A stretch of DNA of 31,685 bases from Tubiluchus corallicola (lineage: Eukaryota > Animalia > Priapulida). Under the pieces are notes generated by a model. The model worked only from the letters and a program-made list of their open reading frames with translations, did not search any database and was not told the origin of the DNA. The DNA lies in NCBI GenBank assembly GCA_030141605.1, contig JAQGDQ010001630.1, positions 1 through 31,685 on the forward strand, read 5' to 3'. Within the stretch, counting starts at the first letter, position 1; each line of letters starts with the position of its first letter. Position numbers and translations under genes: made by a program. Positions 23,798 to 31,685 of this stretch are shown one piece after another.

Positions 23798-24049
23798 CTA
23801 TAAAGTTGCACTCATCGTAAATAAGGCACTTAATAATGTCAGGAACACTTGTACGTAAATGCAGAGATTTTTCGTACTAGAGAAACTGCTCTGTCCAGCC
23901 GTAGTGTGTGGAGCTGGTATAACGACGGGATCGTAGTACACCTCGTAATGGAACTTTGGAAACCGGAAGAGGAAGTAGCGTCGTATTCCTCTCTCCATTG
24001 GCATGGGATAGTGCTGAGGCATGTCCATCCATAACCCATCAACACGAAC
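23798..24049 (-). CDS. Terminal exon of a SAARP/CARP4-like (skeletal aspartic acid-rich protein family) gene with GPI-like C-terminal signal; upstream exons not located
   Basis: Minus-strand acceptor TATATTTCCAG|GTT, phase 0. Translation: VRVDGLWMDMPQHYPMPMERGIRRYFLFRFPKFHYEVYYDPVVIPAPHTTAGQSSFSSTKNLCIYVQVFLTLLSALFTMSATL*. The VDG.W..MP..YP / FRFPKF / YDP pattern is recalled from SAARP C-termini and was not database-checked. Minus-strand AATAAA at 23440-23445. Confidence 0.7.
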   Translation of the reverse strand, partial: VRVDGLWMDMPQHYPMPMERGIRRYFLFRFPKFHYEVYYDPVVIPAPHTTAGQSSFSSTKNLCIYVQVFLTLLSALFTMSATL

Positions 24050-24418
24050 CTGGAAATATAATAATGTTAAATGGTTTTGTCTGTTGTCATGGACTAAAGC
24101 AAAGGTGTAGTCCTTATAGTAGTTAGATGAAGAATTGATTCTGTTCTGGATTGAATTTTTTATTGAGTTGTCTCACACAAAAACGATAATCGACAAAGTG
24201 TTAGTGGCAAAGTAGTAGCGGGGGTGGGGGTGGTTGGGTGGTAGGGGCTGGTGTAGGTGGTACTGGTGGAGAAACACCGTACGATCACCAAGCATCCACC
24301 CCTCACTCAGAGTACTATGAGTATTAAAAGTGTAAGTTAGTAGCGTTAGTATTTTATTTTAAAAAAGTAACTTATTTTTTTAATTAGAATTCTTATATAA
24401 TTAACACACATGTGAACC

Positions 24419-24593
24419 TATACATACATACATACATACATACACATACATTCATGTACATGCACACATTCTCGCACACATACATACATACATACATACA
24501 TACACACACGCACACACACACGCACATGCACACGCACACACACATGCACACGCACACGCACGCACACACACACACATACACACACATACACAT

Positions 24594-24626
<33 letters not shown>

Positions 24627-24803
24627 TACATACATACATACATACACGCACGCACGCACGCACACACACACACACATACACACACACATACATACATACA
24701 TACACACATACATACATACATACATACATACATACATACATACATACATACATACATACATACATACATACATACATACATACATACACATACACACATA
24801 CAT
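24419..24803. repeat. (TACA)n/(CA)n/(CACG)n compound microsatellite
   Basis: Direct inspection. Confidence 0.97.
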
Positions 24804-25054
24804 GTGAATCTCAGGGTCTCAATACACTCAGGGTCACTTGCCTAGACATTTCCTCGTAAGAGGAGAGTGTCGTTAGGAATATTGTTTAGAAAATGGCTCT
24901 GAAAATCAGTGGCTAGTGATTTGGCAAAAACAACAACAGAAAAAAAAATTCGTTGTTTCTATACAAGATTTATCATTTTGCCATTTGGGCGATGACTAGT
25001 AATATGGACGCTAGGAAACTGAATCACGCCCCACCAAGAACCAATTAGATGAAA

Positions 25055-25170
25055 TACACGAGAGCAAACAGGGAGACTGTTCAGTTTTAAACACAATTCG
25101 TTAATGTACTCACTGAAAAATGGAGCTACCACACTACCCTGTCGAGCACCATTAGACATTTTAAAAACAA
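25055..25170 (-). mobile_element. Decayed non-LTR retrotransposon reverse-transcriptase fragment
   Basis: FKMSNGARQGSVVAPFFSEYINELCLKL matches the LINE RT motif NGVRQG..LSP.LF..Y...L. Confidence 0.75.
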
Positions 25171-25204
25171 TCTCAGATATTTGTAATATGTGTTTTGGTG
25201 AATC

Positions 25205-25350
25205 ACTGGTGTACACTGGGATAGTGTCGCTGACGCACACTAGGATAGTGTCGCTGGTGTACACTGGGATAGTGTCGCTGGTGCACACTGGGATAGTGTC
25301 GCTGGTGCACACTGGGATAGTGTCGCTGGTGCACACTGGGATAGTGACAC
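25205..25350. repeat. 24-bp minisatellite (CTGGTGCACACTGGGATAGTGTCG), ~6 copies
   Basis: Direct inspection. Confidence 0.93.
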
Positions 25351-25964
25351 AGTGACGTTCTACCAGCTGGAGCGAACATTTTAGGTTACTTTTCCAACAA
25401 CGTAACTCTTTCAAATCGGTAAGCGTAATTTTAACTAATGTACAATTTTTTTATGAAAAGTCACTGGGACTTTAAAATTCCGTTGACTTTCCCTTTAAAA
25501 ACACATAATTGCAAAACACTAAAAATCTACAACACCATCTGTCGGCAATTAAAAGAAAATCCACATTTTACAAGAACTAACGATGTTTATTCTGCACCTT
25601 GGCAAATATGAACTGCAATCTACGCTTTTAATAAAAATATGTAACACAGAAATCAAACATTTTGACAAATACGACTTTAAACACCAATCTCGGTTGTTAA
25701 GGGGCCAGATAGTTAAATGACTTAACTTGTCTGATGACTTATAAGTGCTTTGTGTGTGTGCGGGGGGGGGGGGGGGTCGGGGGCGGCGTTGCTGGGTCCA
25801 ATTAAAGTAGGCATAAAAAATTGAACATTCATTAAGAAAATGTTCGTGTTTCATGCCAAGTAGATTCTTTTCAAGATCAAACGAATTTATTGCATTCAAA
25901 AAGATTTCGCTTTATGCTACCAAATTATTCATAGAGATGTTGATGTTGATTTTGAGAAATTTTT

Positions 25965-26278
25965 TACTCTTGTGTCTTGCAATAGAACAAGGCAAAATCA
26001 TTCTCTGAAGCTTTTCGTGCGTCGAACAGCTAAAGTATCAATTGGTCAATTTTTCTCAAATCGTGTTGTGCAGATCTGGAACTGATTGCCTGCGTATGTT
26101 GATGGGCACCCCTCGTAACTGCACAAAATATTAAGTTATTTAAAAGCCGCTTATATAAAGTTAAGTTGCTTAAATTCCTTGTGCACAATAGACACATGTA
26201 AGCAGTTAATGTCTTTGTGTGTTTACCAACTCTTGTAAATATTGTATTTGTACAACACAACACAACACAACACAACAC
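25965..26278 (+). mobile_element. CR1-type LINE 3' fragment, copy 1, ending in (CAACA)n
   Basis: Encodes degenerate NHSLKLFVRR...FFSNRVVQIWN*LP...LFKSRL, the CR1 ORF2 C-terminal signature. It is the inverted homolog of 26732-26990. Confidence 0.8.
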
Positions 26279-26318
26279 AGCGTTATTAAAACTTTTACAT
26301 TAGAAAGATAAAATCATG

Positions 26319-26357
26319 CCAAACGTTTCGAGAGGCTGTTGCTGTCATCATCAGTGG
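26319..26357 (-). ncRNA. Degenerate minimal type I hammerhead ribozyme in a Penelope-like pseudo-LTR (pLTR ~26278-26395)
   Basis: Minus strand reads CCA-CTGATGA-TGACAGCAACAGCCTCTC-GAAAC-GTT-TGG. The core boxes are intact, stem I is CCA/TGG, and stem II is weakened. Confidence 0.65.
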
Positions 26358-26439
26358 TAAATTTACAAATATCCAACCAGTTTATATAGACAGGGCCTAT
26401 TATGCACTAAATATTAGTGCATGAGTACAATACTAAAAT

Positions 26440-26990
26440 ACAGTCTATAATAAGAAACAATATATATAAAACACGTCGGCAAAAAACATGCCAAATACAA
26501 GACTGTGAAAAAGACACAAAGATCTCTCTCTCTCTCCCTCCTTCCTCCCTCCCCTCTCTCTCTCTCTCTCTCTCCCTCCCTCACTCTCTCTCGCGCTCTC
26601 TCTCTCTCTTTCTCTCTTTCTCTCTGTCTCTTTCTCTCTCTCTCTCCTTCTCATTCTCTCTTTCTCTCCCTCCTCTCCCTCCCTCCCTCCCTCCGTCCCC
26701 CTCTCTCTCTTTCTCTCTCTTTCTCTCCAAAGACACAAAGACATTAACTGCTTACATGTGTCTATTGTGTACAAGGAATTTAAGCAAGTTAACTTTATAT
26801 AACCGGTTTTTAAATAACTTAATATTTTGTGCACTTACGAGGGGTGCACCGTCAACATATGCAGGCAGTGAGTTCCAAATCGGTACAGCTCGATTTGAGA
26901 ATAATTGACCAATTGATACTTTAGCTGTTCGACGCACGAAAAGCTTCAGAGAATGATTTTGTCCTGTTCTATTGCAAGATACACGAGTAA
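26440..26990 (-). mobile_element. CR1-type LINE 3' fragment, copy 2, with 3' UTR interrupted by a CT/GA microsatellite (26523-26728)
   Basis: ORF ...RRTAKVSIGQLFSNRAVPIWNSLP...LFKNRLYKVNLLKFL. AAAGACACAAAGA flanks the microsatellite on both sides. The left boundary is approximate. Confidence 0.8.
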
Positions 26991-27036
26991 TACGCGATAT
27001 GTGCCTATATAAACTGGCTGTATGTTCGTAAATTTA

Positions 27037-27075
27037 CCACTGATGATGACAGCAGCAGCTTGTCCAAACGTCTGG
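27037..27075 (+). ncRNA. Degenerate minimal type I hammerhead ribozyme in a Penelope-like pseudo-LTR (pLTR ~27000-27118)
   Basis: CCA-CTGATGA-T-GACAGC-AGCA-GCTTGTC-CAAAC-GTC-TGG: good stem II and GTC triplet, but GAAA is mutated to CAAA. It is preceded by CCTATATAAAC and followed by AATAAA. Confidence 0.6.
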
Positions 27076-27899
27076 CATGATTTCGACTTTTAAATGTAAA
27101 AGTTTTAATAAAGTTGTGCTGTTCTTAACTATAAAATAAGATAAGTTCTACATGTTTCAGAGACTGACAAAGGAGTAATTTGAACCGAGGGCTTCGAGAG
27201 CCAAATCACTAGTGAATCTTCTCTCCTAGACGTCGACATATTTTACAATTTTAAATTAGATTACAATTTAGCTGGCTCTAAAACTGACCGTGGGTTGCTT
27301 GCATAAAATTACACATAATCTGAAACAGCTGATAAGAGCAAATCTACCAAGCAGGTGAGAATCGTCGTGTGAATGTATCGTCAATGAAAGTGGAGAATTT
27401 GTCACTTAAAAAGAGGAGAATAAGGAGGATTGTGTTACTAAACCCCCCTCCGTTACATGGCTATCGTCTCGTTTCAAATCATTTGTGTCTGCGTTCCGAC
27501 ATAATCTAATTTCTATGTCTGTTGCTATGATGTTTTCCAGCAAATTTAATTTAGCGGAGTAGCTCATTGTTTTGTTACATTAGCGTTCACGTATGAAATA
27601 GTAAAACCGTCGTAAATTATAATTACGGCGGTCGGGAAAATTTGTGAAAACGTTTAGAGAGCTTTTACGCTCGCCCGCGTTACGCTCGCTGCGTACGAAT
27701 TACCGCGTATATTAGTACGTTAATTGCGAACTGCAAAATTACGGAGACTAGATTAACGGATGGGAAATAAACAGCGTCGAAATGAAATGCTTCTATGCAA
27801 TTATCACGACGGAATTGTTTAGAATCTATCAAGGAGAAATGGAGACAAAATTAAGAACGACTGCAGAACAAGCACGAGACTTGATACAGAAGTTTGGAT

Positions 27900-30800
27900 A
27901 CAGTGACATCACTTTTATGTCACGGCAACAGTGACACCTGTATGTCATGGCGACCAGTGACACCTCTTGTATGTCATGGCAACAGTGACACCACTTGTAT
28001 GTCATGGCGACAGTGACACCACTTGTATGTCATGGCGACAGTGACACCACTTGTATGTCATGGCGACAGTGACACCACTTGTATGTCATGGCGACAGTGA
28101 CACCACTTGTATGTCATGGCAACAGTGACACCGCTTGTATGTCATGGCCACAGTGACACCACTTGTATGTCATGGCAACAGTGACACCACTTGTATGTCA
28201 TGGCAACAGTGACACCACTTGTATGTCATGGCAACAGTGACACCACCTGTATGTCATGGCAACATTGACACTACTTGTATGTCATGGCAACAGTGACACC
28301 GCCTGTATGTCATGGCAACATTGACACCACTTGTATGTCATGGCAACAGTGACACCGCCTGTATGTCATGGCCACAGTGACACCGCCTGTATGTCATGGC
28401 AACAGTGACACCACTTGTATGTCATGGCAACAGTGACACCGCCTGTATGTCATGGGGACCAGTGACACCACTTGTATGTCATGGCGACCAGTGACACCTC
28501 TTGTATGTCATGGCGACAGTGACACCACTTGTATGTCATGGCAACAGTGACACCACTTGTATGTCATGGCGACAGTGACACCACCTGTATGTCATGGCAA
28601 CAGTGACACCACTTGTATGTCATGGCAACAGTGACACCACTTGTATGTCATGGCAACAGTGACACCACTTGTACGTCATGGCAACAGTGACACCACTTGT
28701 ATGTCATGGCAACAGTGACACCACTTGTATGTCATGGCAACAGTGACACCACTTGTATGTCATGGCAACAGTGACACCACTTGTATGTCATGGCAACAGT
28801 GACACTACTTGTATGTCATGGCAACAGTGACACCACTTGTATGTCATGGCAACAGTGACACCACTTGTATGTCATGGCAACAGTGACACCACTTGTATGT
28901 CATGGCAACAGTGACACCACCTGTATGTCATGGCGTGGCAACAGTGACACCACTTGTATGTCATGGGGACAGTGACACCACTTGTATGTCATGGCGTGGC
29001 GACAGTGACACCACTTGTATGTCATGGGGACAGTGACACCTCTTGTATGTCATGGCGACAGTGACACCACTTGTATGTCATGGCAACAGTGACACCACTT
29101 GTATGTCATGGCGACAGTGACACCACCTGTATGTCATGGCAACAGTGACACCACTTGTATGTCATGGCAACAGTGACACCACTTGTATGTCATGGCAACA
29201 GTGACACCACTTGTATGTCATGGCGACAGTGACACTGTGTCTATGTCATGGGGACAGTGACACCACTTGTATGTCATGGATACAGTGACATCACTTTTAT
29301 GTCATGGGGACAGTGACCCCACTTGTATGTCATGGCAACAATGACACCACTTGTATGTCATGGCGACAGTGAAAACACTTGTATGTCATGGAAACAATGA
29401 CACCACTTGTATGCACGCAAAAATGACACCACATCATGGCAAAAATGACACCACTTTTATGTCATGGCGACAGACACCACTTGTATAACATGGCAACAGA
29501 CACCACTTGTATCAATCAACAGTGACACCACTTATGTCATGGCAACAATGACAACACTTGAGTCATAGCAACATTTACACCGCCTTTATGTCATGGCAAC
29601 ATTGACACCACCCAAATGTCATAGCGACAGCGACACTGCGTCTATGTCATGGGGACAGTGACACCACTTGTATGTCATGAAACAGTGACCTTGCTGTGTC
29701 TATGTCATGGCGACAGTGACACTGTCCCTGTCATGGGGCTGTTGACACCACTTGTATGTCATGGCGACAGTGACACTGTCTGTATGTCATGGCGACAGTG
29801 ACACTGTGTCTATGTCATGGGGACCAGTGACACCACTTGTATGTCATGGCAACAGTGACACCACCTGTATGTCATGGCAACAGTGACACCACTTGTATGT
29901 CATGGCGACAGTGACACCACTTGTATGTCATGGCAACAGTGACACCACTTGTATGTCATGGCGACAGTGACACCACTTGTATGTCATGGCAACACTGACA
30001 CCACTTGTATGTCATGGCAACAGTGACACCACTTGTGTCAGTCAACAGTGACACCACTTAATAATCGCCTTTGGCAGTGACACCGCTTGTATGTCATGGC
30101 CACAGTGACACCACTTGTATGTCATGGCAACAGTGACACCACTTGTATGTCATGGCAACAGTGACACCACTTGTATGTCATGGCAACAGTGACACCACCT
30201 GTATGTCATGGCAACATTGACACTACTTGTATGTCATGGCAACAGTGACACCGCCTGTATGTCATGGCAACATTGACACCACTTGTATGTCATGGGGACA
30301 GTGACCCCACTTGTATGTCATGGCGACAGTGACACCACTTGTATGTCATGGCAACAGTGACACCACTTGTATGTCATGGCAACAGTGACACCACTTGTAT
30401 GTCATGGCGTGGCGACAGTGACACCACTTGTATGTCATGGGGACGGTGACACCACCTGTATGTCATGGCGTGGCGACAGTGACACTGTGTCTATGTCATG
30501 GGGACAGTGACACCACTTGTATGTCATGGCAACAGTGACACCACCTGTATGTCATGGCGTGGCAACAGTGACACCGCCTGTATGTCATGGCGACAGTGAC
30601 ACCACTTGTATGTCATGGCAACAGTGACACCACTTGTATGTCATGGCGACAGTGACACCACTTGTATGTCATGGCGACAGTGACACCACTTGTATGTCAT
30701 GGCAACAATGACACCACTTGTATGTCATGGCGACAGTGACACCACTTGTATGTCATGGCAACAGTGACACCACTTGTATGTCAAGTCAACAGTGACACCA

Positions 30801-31685
30801 CTTGTATGTCATGGCAACAATGACACCACTTGTATGTCATGGCAACATTGACACCGCCTGTATGTCATGGCAACATTGACACCGCCTGTATGTCATGGCG
30901 ACAGTGACACTGTGTCTATGTCATGGGGACAGTGACACCACTTGTATGTCATGGCGACAGTGACACTGTGTCTATGTCATGGCGACAGTGACACTGTGTC
31001 TATGTCATGGGGACAGTGACACCACTTGTATGTCATGGCGACAGTGACACTGTGTCTATGTCATGGCGACAGTGACACTGTGTCTATGTCATGGCGACAT
31101 TGACACCGTGTCTATGTCATGGGGACAGTGACACCACTTGTATGTCATGGCAGCAGTGACACCACCTGTATGTCATGGCAACAGTGACACCACTTGTATG
31201 TCATGGCGACAGTGACACCACTTGTATGTCATGGCAACAGTGACACCACTTGTATGTCATGGCGACAGTGACACCACTTGTATGTCATGGCAACACTGAC
31301 ACCACTTGTATGTCATGGCAACAGTGACACCACTTGTATGTCAAGTCAACAGTGACACCACTTGTATGTCATGGCAACAGTGACACCACTTGTATGTCAT
31401 GGCGACCAGTGACAACACTTGTATGTCATGGCAACAGTGACACCACTTGTATGTCATGGCCACAGTGACATCACTTGTGATGTCATGGCCACAGTGACAT
31501 CACTTGTATGTCATGGCAACAGTGACACCGCCTGTATGTCATGGCAACAGTGACACCGCCTGTATGTCATGGCAACAGTGACACCGCCTGTATGTCATGG
31601 CGACAGTGACACCACTTGTATGTCATGGCAACAGTGACACCGCCTGTATGTCATGGCAACAGTGACACCGCCTGTATGTCATGGC
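27900..31685. repeat. 28-bp satellite/minisatellite (ACAGTGACACCACTTGTATGTCATGGC(A/G)), roughly 135 copies, runs off the right edge
   Basis: Head-to-tail copies without spacers, with a degenerate zone ~29230-29820 and a unique interruption near 30058-30075. Confidence 0.98.

Noticed and set aside
27330-27935. Possible small exons (minus 27405-27345 DKFSTFIDDTFTRRFSPAW; plus ~27823-27934 IYQGEMETKLRTTAEQARDLIQKFG)
   Set aside because: No convincing donor or phase match to the SAARP-like terminal exon and no recognisable motif.
27900-31685. CRISPR array (28-bp partly palindromic repeat)
   Set aside because: Units are directly adjacent with no unique spacers, there are no cas genes, and the context is eukaryotic.

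Overview
AT-rich, repeat-dense animal (invertebrate-type) genomic DNA with no prokaryotic features. The main feature, not shown by the ORF track, is a spliced + strand gene assembled by hand. It has a TATA box at 10050, a probable non-coding exon 1, and five coding exons (10298-10333, 12376-12857, 14981-15129, 15855-16854, 19102-20068). All coding introns are GT..AG with mutually consistent phases (0, 2, 1, 2), giving 2634 nt = 877 aa + stop. The product is a secreted, Cys-free, low-complexity protein: signal peptide, Asp/Glu tracts with an adjacent RGD, an Arg/His/Gln/Tyr-rich middle, then 12 copies of a 20-aa SPIKPG(E/D)HGSYGSERGxSRV repeat and a Tyr-rich tail. Convergent with it, a - strand terminal exon (24049-23798) encodes VRVDGLWMDMPQHYP...FLFRFPKFHYEVYYDPVV plus a GPI-like tail. 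I recognise this from memory as resembling the C-terminus of coral skeletal aspartic acid-rich proteins (SAARP/CARP4). Together they suggest a candidate biomineral/extracellular-matrix locus (inference). The rest comprises minisatellite arrays (72, 64, 28, 24, 21 bp), long microsatellites, a piggyBac-type MITE, a Helitron-like 3' end, LINE fragments, and two Penelope-type pseudo-LTRs with degenerate hammerhead ribozymes.
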